DNA of 64,000 bases. It comes from Candidatus Fervidifonticultor sextus. GTDB lineage: Bacteria > Sysuimicrobiota > Sysuimicrobiia > Sysuimicrobiales > Humicultoraceae. Each line of letters begins with the position of its first letter. The stretch's first letter is position 1. The stretch spans positions 1 to 64,000 of the forward strand of contig JAVKHQ010000004.1 in assembly GCA_031459875.1 (NCBI GenBank), written 5' to 3'. Positions 19,360-29,576 of this stretch are shown piece after piece. The position numbers were made by a program, and so were the translations under genes. The notes below the pieces were generated by a model. That model saw only the letters and a program-made list of their open reading frames with translations, did no database searches and was not told where the DNA came from.

Positions 19360-20738
19360 TCGACGGGCTCGGGCACCGGGGCCTCGGCCGGCGGGAGCCG
19401 GCGGATCACCCGGGCCGGGATGCCCACCGCCAGCCCGCGCGGCGGGACGTCGCGGCGGACTACCGAGCCGGCCCCCGTCACGGCGCCTGCCCCGACGCGG
19501 ACCGGCGCGATGAGCATCGTGTCGCTGCCGATGAACGCGCCATCCTCGATGACGGTGCGGTGCTTGGCGCGGCCGTCGAAGTTGCAGGTGATGGTCCCGG
19601 CGCCGATGTTGACCCCGGCGCCGACCGTCGCATCGCCGAGGTAGCTCATGTGGTGGATCTTCGTCCGGTCGCCGACCGTGGTGTTCTTCATCTCGGCGAA
19701 GTTGCCGACCTCCACGAAGCGCCCCAGCCGCACGCCGGGCCGGAGGTGGCTGTAGGGACCGATGCGGCTCCCCTCCCCGACCGAGCTGCCGGCGACGGTG
19801 GAGGCGACGATCGTGACCCGGTCGGCGATCTCGGCGTCCACCAGGCGCGCACCCGGCCCGATGGTGCAGGCTTCCCCGATGGTCGTCCGGCCCTCCAGGG
19901 ATGTCCCGGGGTGGATGACGGTGTCGCGACCCACGCGCACCCCGGCGTGGACGTACGTCGCCTGCGGGTCGGTGATGGTCACCCCGGCGGCCATGAGGGC
20001 CTCCAGGACCCGTGCGCGCATCATGGCCTCGGCCCGCGCCAGCTCCGCGCGGCTGTTGATGCCCGTCGCCTCGTCGCTGGCGGGGACGACCACGGCGGCG
20101 ACCGTGTGCCCGGCCTCCAGCAGCGCGCCGACGGCGTCGGTGAGGTAGTACTCGCCCTGGGCGTTGGCCGGTTCGAGGGCCTCTAAGGCCTCGCGCAGCA
20201 CGCCGGCCTCGATGGCGTAGAGTCCGGCGTTGACCTCGCGGACCTCGCGCTCACCCGCCGAGGCGTCCGGCTCCTCGACGATGCGCCGCACGCGGCCGTC
20301 CCCATCGCGGATCACCCGGCCGTAGCCGGTGGGATCCCCGCGGATGTCGGTGAGGATGGTGGCCGCGGCGCCCCGGGCCCGGTGGTGCTCGAGCAGCGTC
20401 CGGACGGTCGCGGCGCTGAGGAACGGCACGTCCCCGTAGACGATCAGCACCGTCCCCGCATGGCCCTCCAGGTGGGGGAGCGCCTGCATGACCGCGTGCC
20501 CGGTGCCCCTGGGCTCCGCCTGCAGCGCGTAGCGGTTCCCGTCCCCCAGCGCCGCGCGCACCTGGTCGGCCCCGTGCCCGACCACGATGATCGGGGAGGC
20601 GATGCCGACCTGGGCCAGGGTGTCCAGCACGTAGGCGATCATCGGCCGGCCGCAGATCCGGTGCAGCACCTTGGGCAGCGCCGACCGCATCCGGGTACCC
20701 CGGCCGGCGGCCAGCACGACCGCCTCGATCTCAGGCAT
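19356..20738 (-). CDS. glmU: Bifunctional UDP-GlcNAc pyrophosphorylase/glucosamine-1-phosphate acetyltransferase
   Basis: LAAGRGTRMRSALPKVLH, NAQGEYYLTD, hexapeptide repeats, GAGTITCNFDG. Confidence 0.97.
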   Translation of the reverse strand: MPEIEAVVLAAGRGTRMRSALPKVLHRICGRPMIAYVLDTLAQVGIASPIIVVGHGADQVRAALGDGNRYALQAEPRGTGHAVMQALPHLEGHAGTVLIVYGDVPFLSAATVRTLLEHHRARGAAATILTDIRGDPTGYGRVIRDGDGRVRRIVEEPDASAGEREVREVNAGLYAIEAGVLREALEALEPANAQGEYYLTDAVGALLEAGHTVAAVVVPASDEATGINSRAELARAEAMMRARVLEALMAAGVTITDPQATYVHAGVRVGRDTVIHPGTSLEGRTTIGEACTIGPGARLVDAEIADRVTIVASTVAGSSVGEGSRIGPYSHLRPGVRLGRFVEVGNFAEMKNTTVGDRTKIHHMSYLGDATVGAGVNIGAGTITCNFDGRAKHRTVIEDGAFIGSDTMLIAPVRVGAGAVTGAGSVVRRDVPPRGLAVGIPARVIRRLPPAEAPVPEPVE

Positions 20739-20836
20739 CTCAGGACTCCGCTCCGATCAGGACTCCAGCGTGGGGATTCTTGCCGGTGCGGAGGATTCCT
20801 CCGGCCCACGGGGCGGGGGGCCGCAGCGGACCCCGC

Positions 20837-21043
20837 TCAGAGTTGCTGCAGGTCGATCTCGATGAGGCTCAGCCCGTCCCGGCCCATCCTCGCCCGGGCG
20901 TCGAGCACCTCGATCGCGACCGCGTTGCCGTCCCGGCCCAGATTCACGATCAGCCCGGGGGCGAGTTCCCGGCTGGTCTGCGGCTCTTCCTCGCGGAAGA
21001 CCAGGCTCAGGGCGTCCGCCTGGGCATCATAGGCCATCCGCAT
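20837..21043 (-). CDS. DUF2283-family small protein
   Basis: YDAQADALS...G.AVAIEVLDA pattern. Confidence 0.75.
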   Translation of the reverse strand: MRMAYDAQADALSLVFREEEPQTSRELAPGLIVNLGRDGNAVAIEVLDARARMGRDGLSLIEIDLQQL

Positions 21044-21080
21044 GGTCCCATGGGCGAGACACGAGGATCCCGCGGTCCCC

Positions 21081-21608
21081 CTATTTGACGACCAGCGTTC
21101 CCTTCATGCCGGCCTGATAGTGGCTGCCTCCACCACCGGTCGCGAGATGGCAGCCGATCTCGAACGTCCCCCTCCTGGTGGGCGTGAACGTCAGGGTCAC
21201 GCGCTTGCCGGGTTCCACGCCCACCTCGGCGATCCGCGTCCCGGTGACGACGAGATCGCCGCGCCGGTGCACCAGGATTTCCCCCATGTCCTGGAGGTAG
21301 GTGCGGGCCAGGACGTAGTCGTACCAGGCGCCGACCCCCTTCGGGGGTGCCTGGGGTTTCGGATACACCATGAACACGTGGGACACGGACCCCGTGTTCT
21401 CCAGCACGAGGTCTACCGCGGTGCCGGACTCGACCGTGACGACGGCTGGCGCAAAAGCCCATTCCCTCATGGCGATCGTCACCCGGCTCGACGCCCCAAA
21501 GAGCAACCCGGTGTGGCTCGCGGCCGCCTGCCCTGTCAGCCCGAGGATGGCACCGGCCACCATCGCCCAGATCACCAATCGCTGCATGCTCCTCATCCTC
21601 TTCGTCAC
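21081..21608 (-). CDS. Exported cupredoxin-domain copper-binding protein
   Basis: Signal peptide, FAPAVVTV, H...C-HLATGGGGSH-YQAGM type-1 Cu ligands; start uncertain. Confidence 0.8.
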   Translation of the reverse strand: MTKRMRSMQRLVIWAMVAGAILGLTGQAAASHTGLLFGASSRVTIAMREWAFAPAVVTVESGTAVDLVLENTGSVSHVFMVYPKPQAPPKGVGAWYDYVLARTYLQDMGEILVHRRGDLVVTGTRIAEVGVEPGKRVTLTFTPTRRGTFEIGCHLATGGGGSHYQAGMKGTLVVK

Positions 21609-21667
21609 CGCAGACACCCCCCGAGCGGTCGTTGAGGCCACTGTAGGGAGCGGCCGTTACCCAGGCA

Positions 21668-23800
21668 TTACCGCGCGTCTGTGCCCGCCTGGGGGATGCG
21701 GGCGCGCAGGCTCATGGTCTCCGGTGAGGGCACGGCGCCCAGGTCCGCCAGGGCGCGCCGGCAGGCCTCGAACGCCCGCAGGGCATCGGCTCCTCGGCCG
21801 AGAGCCAGGTGTGCGCGCATCAGGCCACGGCACGCGTGCTCGGCGCCCGGGTCGCGGTCAGCGAGGTCCTGCCAGTGCAGGAAGGCCGACTGATACTCCC
21901 CTGCCGCCTCCTCGGCCTCGGCCAGGAGCGCGAGGGTGTCAAGGTACTGGCGGGCCAGCCGGTCGCGATGCGGCTGGACCCATTCCTCGAAGGGATCGTC
22001 GGCGAACAGGTCTCCGGCATACAGGCGCACCGCCTCAGCCAGGGCCGCCCGGCGCGCATCACCTCGAGACGAGGCGGCGCGGGCCAGGGCGCGCCGGTAC
22101 TGATCGAGGTCGACCTCGAAGCGGTCTCGCGCCAGCAGAATCGTCGCTCCAGATGTCACCATCAGCGAGGAGGGCCGCCGGGGGGGGCCGTTCCGGCTCG
22201 AGGACGCGACGGAGCCGCGAGAGGGCCACACGCAGGTGGTTCGCGGCATGGCGCGGGTCGTGGTCCGGCCAGAGGGCCTCGACAATTTCCTCACGGTGCA
22301 CCGGCCGGTCCTGGAGCAGGAGGTACTGCAGCAACCGCCTCGGCGCCGCGCGTTCCCAGTCTTCGGGCCCGATCGCCCGACCGGCCCGGATCACCTGGAA
22401 CGGACCGAGGCAGCGGATCACGACCCGGGCGGGCACCTCAGGCGAGGGGGCGCCCAGGGCGGCCGCAATCCTGGGACCCACATGGGGATCGGTCCGGTAG
22501 GGCGCCAGGAGCCGATGAGGTGCCTGCGTCACCTCCGTCAGCCCGCGGATCAGATCCAGACGAAGGACACGGGCCCGGTGCTCTTCCGAGATGGCGCCCA
22601 ACCAGCGGCGGACTGTTTCAAGGTATCCTTTGGGGACCATGTCCAGCCCGACACGACCCAGCAGCGCGGCGGCACGATCGAACTCCGCGGCCTCGACCAG
22701 ATGGTGGAGGGCCTCGATCGCCTCGCCCTGCCGTTCCCACCACACCGCCGCGCTCCGATGAACCTCCGGCAGCCGGTCGGGCTCGCGTTCCACGGCGATG
22801 CGCTGGAGGAACTCCTGGAAGAGGTGGTGATAGCGGTACCAGCGGCGCTCCCGGTCCAGGGGAACGATGAAGAGATGGCTCCGCTCCAGATGCTCCAGGA
22901 TCTCCCCAGGGCGGCCTGACGTCTCCCCGACCAGCGCCTCGGCCAGCGGCAGGCTGAGTCGCGCCACGGCTGCGGTGGCCAGCATGATCCGCTGCACTTC
23001 GGGTGTCTGGCGGCGGAAGGCCTCCTGGGCCAGGTACACATAGATCTCGCGGGTGGACCCCGAGAGGGATCCCAGCACCGCGGCCTCGGCCGTGCCCTCC
23101 GCCGTGGCCGCGTGGAGCGCGAGTGCGACCCCCGCCGGCCAGCCTTGCGTCTTCGCCGCGATGACATGAGGGTGGCATCGGACAGTTCAAGCCCGCGGGG
23201 GTCCACCAGCAGGACGCGGAGTTCTGGCACCGAGAAACGCAGGTCGTCAGGACCCAGTTCTGCCAGGCGCCTCTGCGCACGCCAGCGCGCCAGCGGCAGG
23301 TCGGGGAGGGTGCGCGTCAGGACCGCAAGGTGCGCGCGCGGCGGGAGGGCTTCGATCCAGCGGGCCATGCCTTCATTCAGGCCCGGCGCGCCCAGCAGGT
23401 GGAAATCATCAAGCACGATGATCACGTCGCGTCGGAGGCGACAGGTGGCGTGCGCGAGCAGTGGGGCAGCCGTCCGCCAGTCCGAGGCCAGGCTGAGTCC
23501 ATGCTGCGCGGCCCCGTACGCGCCGCGGGAGACATGGGACCGCAAGCCGTGCAGGAGATGCGCGGCGAAGACGGCCGGATCACTGTCGGCAGGTTCCAGG
23601 CGATACCAGACCGCCGGCTGATCCGCCTGCGCCAGGAAGCCGGCGACGAGCGTGCTCTTGCCAAAGCCCGCGTCGGCCGCCACCAGGGTGACCGGACGGC
23701 GAAGGGCGTCTTGCAGTCGCTGATGCAACCGCGGCCGGTCGAGGATCTTTGGCGGTGGGATCGGAACCTGCAGTTTATGGGGCAGGACGGTCAGCGACAT
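21668..23800 (-). pseudogene. Frameshifted MalT-like ATPase/BTAD transcriptional regulator
   Basis: ADAGFGKST P-loop and LDDFH in frame 1; TQGWPAG and YRYHHLF in frame 2; BTAD in frame 3; shifts at about 23168 and at the G8 run 22180-22187. Confidence 0.85.
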
Positions 23801-23824
23801 CGCGCGCCGCTTCCGGGCGTGCGC

Positions 23825-24835
23825 TTATGCCTGGACGATCAGGCCCGCCACGGCCTGCGCGAGGAACTGCTCCGGCCACGGCACGTCGAGGCGCTCCCAG
23901 CGCATGCCGGCATCGCCAGAGCAAAAGACCCCGCGGTTGTTGGCCGCGTAGATGGTGTGCGGCCGGTCGGGGTGCGTGGCGAAGACGCTGATGGTCGTGC
24001 CCTTGGGCTCGGGGAGACCGTCGCCGACCTGCGTCCACGCACGATCCCCCCTCCTCACGTAGACGTAGGTGGCCGCCGTCCGCGCCGCGTAGGCGCGCCC
24101 GGGTCCCGAGGCCGCGGAGACCACCACCGTCTCGGGGTCGGCGGGATCGACGGCCACGCCGAACAGATAGCCATGGCGCAGTCCGGCCTGGGGGCTCTGC
24201 CAAGTGCGGCCTCCGTCACGGCTCTCGAAGTACCCATCCCCCGCCGCCGCGTAGAGCCGCCCGCGGGCGACGGGGTGCAGCGCGAGCGTGTGCGTGTCGT
24301 AGGGACCGTCGGGGGTGCGGTCGATCCAGACATCGCCGCCGTCTTCGGAGCGGATCAAGGCGCCGGCCTCGATCGCGGCGTAGACATGGCGCCGGTCGTG
24401 CGGGTCGACGGCGATCCAGCGCACGTGATGGGTCTGGGGACGGGGCGGGAAGCTCCAGGTGGGGGCGGACGGCAGCGCGGCTGCGGCCCGGAGCTCCTCC
24501 CACCGCTCGCCGCCGTCCGTGGAGCGGAAGAGCGCACTCGGCTCCGTGCCCGCGTAGACGGTCCCCAGGCGCCCGGACGGCCCCTGGCCCACCGCCACGG
24601 CGGTGACGTGCGGATGGACGATGCCCCGGCCCGCCGGGGCCCACCTCCGGCCTCCGTCCGCGCTCCGCCAGAGGCCCTGATCCTCCGTGCCCGCGTACAG
24701 CCGCTCGGGATGGCCGGGGTCGGCGGCCACACACGTCAGGGCGGCGCCCTGGAGGAGCATATCGGTCATCCATCCGCCCCCGTGTTCACGGACGGCCAGC
24801 AGGGCATCCTCCATCGCAACGTACAGCGTCGTCAC
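23825..24835 (-). CDS. BNR/Asp-box beta-propeller protein
   Basis: Repeated RSxDGGxxW motifs, YAGTEPSALFRS. Confidence 0.8.
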   Translation of the reverse strand: MTTLYVAMEDALLAVREHGGGWMTDMLLQGAALTCVAADPGHPERLYAGTEDQGLWRSADGGRRWAPAGRGIVHPHVTAVAVGQGPSGRLGTVYAGTEPSALFRSTDGGERWEELRAAAALPSAPTWSFPPRPQTHHVRWIAVDPHDRRHVYAAIEAGALIRSEDGGDVWIDRTPDGPYDTHTLALHPVARGRLYAAAGDGYFESRDGGRTWQSPQAGLRHGYLFGVAVDPADPETVVVSAASGPGRAYAARTAATYVYVRRGDRAWTQVGDGLPEPKGTTISVFATHPDRPHTIYAANNRGVFCSGDAGMRWERLDVPWPEQFLAQAVAGLIVQA

Positions 24836-24853
24836 CGGCTCCGCTCGCGGGAG

Positions 24854-25861
24854 TCAGGCAAGCGAAAAGGCTTCATGGACGGCCGACGGCGCGCTGCCGC
24901 CCACCGTGAGACCGCCGCCGGGAATGTAGATCGTCTCGCCCACCGTGACCGCGCCGGTGCCGTGCCGCGGGGTCGGCATGGGCGCCATCGCGGTCCAGCG
25001 GTCCGTGGCCGGATCGTAGGCCTCGTTTTCCGCGAAGACCCGACCGGTCTCCTCGCCGCCGAACACGAAGATCCGGCCGGCGAGTGTCGCGGCGGCCACG
25101 CCGCTGCGCGGCGTGGGCAGGGGCGCGCGGTAGCCCCAGCGGTCGGCGGCCGGATCGTACACCTGGTGGAGGGCGGTGTTGTTCGCAAAGGTGTTGAAGC
25201 GGCCGCCGATGGCGTGAATCCGGCCGCCGAGCACCACCAGGCCGATGTGGTCGCGGCCGTCCGGCAGCGGGGCCCGCCGGCTCCAGGAGTCCGAAATCGG
25301 GTCATAGACCTCGTGGGTGCCGACGCTGAACTCGTCCCGGCCGCCGATCACGTGCAGCCTCCCGTCCAGCTCGACGACCCCCATGGCACCCCGTTTGGCG
25401 GGAAGCGGCGCCAGGCGATGCCAGCGGTTCTCCCGTGCATCGTAGACGTTGGCATCGGCGACGGCGTTGCGGTTCTGCTCGATGAACCCGCCGAACGCAT
25501 AGATCCGACCGTTGAAGCCCACCACCCCCACGTGATTCAGCCCCCGCGGCATGGGCGCCAGGTCGCGCCAGGTGTCCGTGGCCGGGTCGTAGACCTGGTT
25601 GAAGGGCTGGTCGACGCGGCCGGCCGCATACCCGCCGAGCACGTAGACCTTTCCATCCAGACCGGTCACGCTCACCTCTGTCCGCGCAAACGGCAGCGCG
25701 GCCTTCACCACCCACCGGCCCCGTCCAACCGGCGGCGGAACCGCAGCGGCGGTCCCGACGGCGCCAGATGCAGGGTGCCAAGGCAGTCGGTCGAGCCATT
25801 CGAGCATGCCGCCCCAGGCCCCCAGTACCACCGTCCGCCTCAGCAACTGCCGCCGCGTCAT
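24854..25861 (-). CDS. Tat-exported Kelch-repeat protein
   Basis: MTRRQLL Tat motif; six GG...YDP..W Kelch repeats. Confidence 0.85.
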   Translation of the reverse strand: MTRRQLLRRTVVLGAWGGMLEWLDRLPWHPASGAVGTAAAVPPPVGRGRWVVKAALPFARTEVSVTGLDGKVYVLGGYAAGRVDQPFNQVYDPATDTWRDLAPMPRGLNHVGVVGFNGRIYAFGGFIEQNRNAVADANVYDARENRWHRLAPLPAKRGAMGVVELDGRLHVIGGRDEFSVGTHEVYDPISDSWSRRAPLPDGRDHIGLVVLGGRIHAIGGRFNTFANNTALHQVYDPAADRWGYRAPLPTPRSGVAAATLAGRIFVFGGEETGRVFAENEAYDPATDRWTAMAPMPTPRHGTGAVTVGETIYIPGGGLTVGGSAPSAVHEAFSLA

Positions 25862-26049
25862 CGGCACCCTGCACCCCTCGCTCGTGCGACGGCTGACATC
25901 GGCGCGCACCGTGCCCCCTTTCCGCTGCCTGCGCTGGCCTGGAGAGGAATACGTCCGGGAGGGGGCGCTCTCCTTGTGGGCCGTGCGGGGAACAAAGACG
26001 GCGGCCCGCGCGTTGTCAGTACCAATCAGGATCAGGGAGGACGGGACCT

Positions 26050-27012
26050 ATGCCAACACGTCGTTCGTGGGTGTGGCTGGCCCTGGTCGTCTGGGTGGGC
26101 GTCGTTGCGGCAGCGATTCCGGCGCCTGCGCAGACCAGCCTGCTCGATCCCCAGGCGCTCTATGAACGGGCCGCGCCCGCTGTGAGCCTCGTCCGAGCCG
26201 TCACCGACGGCCGCACCGCAATCGGCACCGCCTTCACCATTGACCGGGACGGTCTGCTCCTGACCGCCGCGCACGTAGCGCGACGGGCTGAGGGACTGAC
26301 GGTCGAATATCCCGCCGGCCGGGCGCTGTCGGCCACCGTCGTCGGGTACGATGCGCGGCGGGACCTGGCGCTGCTGCGCGTGAGCACGCCGACACCGCTG
26401 CCGTCCCTGGAGGTGTCTGGCGACGGCCTGCGACCCGGCGAGCCGGTGGTGGTCATCGGGACGCCGCGCGGCCGCCCGGGCGTCATGACGGTGGGCGAGG
26501 TCGTGGCGATTGAGGCCTCGCTCCCCGGGTTGGCCCGAGACATCCTGATCCGGATCACCGCCGAGGTCGCCCCGGGCACGTCGGGCGGACCGGTCCTCAA
26601 CGCCCGCGGCCAGGTGGTGGGTCTGGTGATTGCGCGGGCGGGCGACGGGACCGGGCTCGCGGTGTCAGCGGCGACGATCCTGGCTTCGCTGCCTGCGCTG
26701 CGCCAGGGGGCCCGCATCGAGCGCCCCTGGATCGGCATCGCCGGGCGGTCGCTGTTGCCAGACCCCCGGGACCGTGGGGCCGGCGCCCTGCGCGGGGCCG
26801 TGATCCAGGAGGTCGTACCTGACAGCCCCGCCGCGGCCGCCGACCTCCGTCCCGACGACGTCATTATCGCCCTCAACGGGCAGCGCGTGGAGTCCTGGGA
26901 GGACCTCCTCCGCCTGGTGGCAGACCGCGAGCCCGGACAGCAGATCCGCCTGACCTTGATCCGCGCGGGCCTCAGGCTGGAGGTCTCCGTCACCCTCGGC
27001 GTCAGACCGTAA
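26050..27012 (+). CDS. HtrA/DegP-like serine protease with PDZ domain
   Basis: TAAHV, DLALL, PGTSGGP catalytic triad; C-terminal PDZ. Confidence 0.9.
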   Translation: MPTRRSWVWLALVVWVGVVAAAIPAPAQTSLLDPQALYERAAPAVSLVRAVTDGRTAIGTAFTIDRDGLLLTAAHVARRAEGLTVEYPAGRALSATVVGYDARRDLALLRVSTPTPLPSLEVSGDGLRPGEPVVVIGTPRGRPGVMTVGEVVAIEASLPGLARDILIRITAEVAPGTSGGPVLNARGQVVGLVIARAGDGTGLAVSAATILASLPALRQGARIERPWIGIAGRSLLPDPRDRGAGALRGAVIQEVVPDSPAAAADLRPDDVIIALNGQRVESWEDLLRLVADREPGQQIRLTLIRAGLRLEVSVTLGVRP

Positions 27013-27035
27013 CACGAGATGGGAGGTGCAGGGAG

Positions 27036-27677
27036 ATGCACGACCGTCCGTCCGCCCGGTGGACCCGCCGGGAGTTCCTGCAGACGTCCGTGGCCGTGCC
27101 AGGGGCGCTCGCGCTGGCGGCGTCGGCCTGGCGCCTGATCGACCTCGCCCCGTTCGCAGCGTTCGCCCAAGGACAGGTCCTCCCGCCCACGCCGGCCTGT
27201 CCTGATCCCGACGACGTCACGCCGGCGCAGACCGAAGGACCCTTCTACCGGCCCCGCTCCCCCCAGCGCACCTCGCTATTGGAGCCCGGGGTCACCGGCA
27301 CGAAGATCGTCGTCGCCGGCTACGTCCTGACCCGGACGTGCCGGCCGGTCCCGCGCGCGCTGGTGGACTTCTGGCACGCCGACGATCGGGGCGAGTACGA
27401 CAACGTCGGCTACCGGCTGCGCGGCCACCAGTTCACCGACGAGGCAGGGCGCTACTATCTCGAGACCATCGTCCCCGGGCTCTATCCAGGGCGGACGCGC
27501 CACTTCCACGTCAAGGTGCAGGCGGCGAACCGGCCCGTGCTGACGACCCAGCTCTACTTTCCGGGAGAGCCGCGCAACCAGACCGATCGCATCTTCCATC
27601 CGAGGCTGCTGCTCGACGTGCGGGAGGCCGCCGGGGGCAAGGTCGCGACGTTCAACTTCGTGCTGGACATCCGGTAG
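27036..27677 (+). CDS. Tat-exported intradiol ring-cleavage dioxygenase-like protein
   Basis: TRREFL Tat motif; TEGPFY, WHAD..GEY, PGLYPGRTRHFH. Confidence 0.88.
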   Translation: MHDRPSARWTRREFLQTSVAVPGALALAASAWRLIDLAPFAAFAQGQVLPPTPACPDPDDVTPAQTEGPFYRPRSPQRTSLLEPGVTGTKIVVAGYVLTRTCRPVPRALVDFWHADDRGEYDNVGYRLRGHQFTDEAGRYYLETIVPGLYPGRTRHFHVKVQAANRPVLTTQLYFPGEPRNQTDRIFHPRLLLDVREAAGGKVATFNFVLDIR

Positions 27678-27770
27678 GGATCACGGGACCGGCCCGGTGT
27701 AGGCAGGGAGCTGGACCTGCTGCTGTTGGCGTCATGTCTCGTCCTCGCCATGGCCGGCCCGGGGGGCGCT

Positions 27771-27844
27771 TGGCTGGGGGGCCAGGACTCGAACCTGGAT
27801 CTGAGGCTCCAAAGGCCCCCGGCTTTCCGTTAGCCGACCCCCCA
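27771..27844 (-). tRNA. tRNA-Gln (anticodon TTG)
   Basis: TGGGGGGTCGGCTAACGGAAAGCCGGGGGCCTTTGGAGCCTCAGATCCAGGTTCGAGTCCTGGCCCCCCAGCCA: cloverleaf, GTTCGA T-loop, encoded CCA. Confidence 0.95.
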
Positions 27845-28024
27845 GTGCTCGGCCAGCGTCGACTCCAGCCGTGCGAGAGTTCCAACTGCCTGCGCCGGCC
27901 GATCACCATGTTACATGGTACCACACACGACGTCCCCGTGTTCCTCCCGCCCCTCCCCACCTCGCACCTGTGGTCCCCGGCGGGTGCTGGTGCTACACTA
28001 TGCACAACCCAGCGGGAGTCGCCC

Positions 28025-29005
28025 ATGGCCCTGATCCTCTCTGCCGCCCAGGTGAGAGACCTCCTCGACATGCGCGAGGCCATCGACGCCGTCGAGCGCG
28101 CGCTCGTGGAGTTCTCCAGCGGGCAGGCGGTCATGCCGGTCCGCTCCACCACCCAGGTCCCCGCGCACGCCGGTCTCATGCTCTCCATGCCGGCCTTCCT
28201 GGGCAAGACCGACGCCTTGGGCAGCAAGATCGTCACCGTCTACAAGGGCAACCCCCAGCGCGGGCTCCCCACCATCCTGGCGGTCGTCGTCCTCAACGAC
28301 CCCCAGACCGGAAGGGTCCTGGCCGTGATGGACGGCGCCTACCTGACCGCCGTCCGCACCGCGGCGGCCTCGGGCGCCGCGACGCGGCACCTGGCACCCC
28401 CTGGCCCGAAGACGCTGGCCATCCTGGGCGCCGGTGTGCAGGGCGCCAGCCACCTCTGGGCGATGCGGGAGGTGGCGCAGGTGACCCGTGTGAGGCTCTA
28501 CAATCGCAGCCGCGAGCGGGCCGAAGCCTTCAAACGCGATCTGGAGCCGCGCTTCGGCGTGCCCATCGATGTGGTGGGTTCGGCAGAAGACGCCGTGCGC
28601 GGGGCCGATCTGGCGGTGCTGGCGACCACCGCCACCGCGCCCATCGTGCGGTGGCCGTGGTTCAAGGCGGGTTGTCACATCAACGCGGTGGGATCGCACT
28701 CGCCCGGCGCCCGGGAACTCGACAGCGACACCGTGGCGGCGGCCCGCGTGGTCGTGGACTCGCGCGAGGCCAACTTCACCGAGTGCGGCGACATCCTGGT
28801 GCCCCTGCAGGAGGGGCGGATTACCCGCGAACAGGTGGCCGACGAGATCGGGGAAGTGATCGCCGGGGCGAAGCCCGGCCGCCAGCACCCCGAGCAGGTC
28901 ACCGTCTACAAGTCAGTCGGCATCGCCGTCGAGGATGTGGCGACGGCGAACCTGGTCTACCGGAAGGCGGTCGCCCGCGGCGTCGGCACCGAGGTGGACC
29001 TGTAG
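28025..29005 (+). CDS. Ornithine cyclodeaminase/mu-crystallin family protein
   Basis: LTAVRTAAAS, GAGVQG, HINAVGS, YKSVGIAVED; TGcTACACT extended -10 at 27991-27999. Confidence 0.9.
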   Translation: MALILSAAQVRDLLDMREAIDAVERALVEFSSGQAVMPVRSTTQVPAHAGLMLSMPAFLGKTDALGSKIVTVYKGNPQRGLPTILAVVVLNDPQTGRVLAVMDGAYLTAVRTAAASGAATRHLAPPGPKTLAILGAGVQGASHLWAMREVAQVTRVRLYNRSRERAEAFKRDLEPRFGVPIDVVGSAEDAVRGADLAVLATTATAPIVRWPWFKAGCHINAVGSHSPGARELDSDTVAAARVVVDSREANFTECGDILVPLQEGRITREQVADEIGEVIAGAKPGRQHPEQVTVYKSVGIAVEDVATANLVYRKAVARGVGTEVDL

Positions 29006-29013
29006 GCCGGAGG

Positions 29014-29394
29014 CTACGCCAGGGCGATGCAGTCGATCATCACCAGCGCATCCCGCGGCAGCCGCGCCGCCTGCACCGTCGTGCGCGCCGGAGGGAGTTC
29101 CCGGAAGACGCTGGCGTACTCCTCGTTCATGGGGCCGAAGTCGTTCATGTCCTTCAAGAAGATAGTCGTCTTCACCACCCGGTCCACCGACGACCCGGCA
29201 GCCTCCAGCACCGCCGCCAGGTTTTGCAGCACCCGCCGCGTCTGTGTCTTGATGTCGTGCCCGACCATCTGGCCGGTGGCCGGATCGAGGGGAATCTGGC
29301 CGGCCAGGAACAGCAGCCCGCCGGCTCGGATCGCCTGCGAGTAGGGGCCGACCGGCAGGGGCGCCCCGTCGCTGCGGATGACGTCCTTTACCAT
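29014..29394 (-). CDS. ridA: RidA (YjgF/YER057c/UK114) enamine/imine deaminase
   Basis: GPYSQAI, GQIPLDP, VVKTTIFL, PARTTV. Confidence 0.92.
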   Translation of the reverse strand: MVKDVIRSDGAPLPVGPYSQAIRAGGLLFLAGQIPLDPATGQMVGHDIKTQTRRVLQNLAAVLEAAGSSVDRVVKTTIFLKDMNDFGPMNEEYASVFRELPPARTTVQAARLPRDALVMIDCIALA

Positions 29395-29576
29395 GGAACC
29401 CTCCCAGCACTGCGGGTTGTGAGCGCACGCGTTCGATACTGTCTTCTGCGCCGTCGGGGGCCGGTTTCCCTACCCTGATCTCCGAGGTCGTGCCTTTGAC
29501 CTCCGAGAGCGTTCCTACGAACCCCCGGCATCGTGCGCCGTGCGACCGCCACCCCAGCGTCGGCGGGGAGACTCGG

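Noticed and set aside
20740..20825. Possible att-site copy of the tRNA-Gln 3' end (GGGGGGCC; TCAGGACTCC twice)
   Set aside because: Matches are short, discontinuous and expected at this GC content; no integrase present.
22180..22187. Phase-variable poly-G switch
   Set aside because: A second, non-homopolymer frameshift and a probable deletion would keep the gene inactive regardless.
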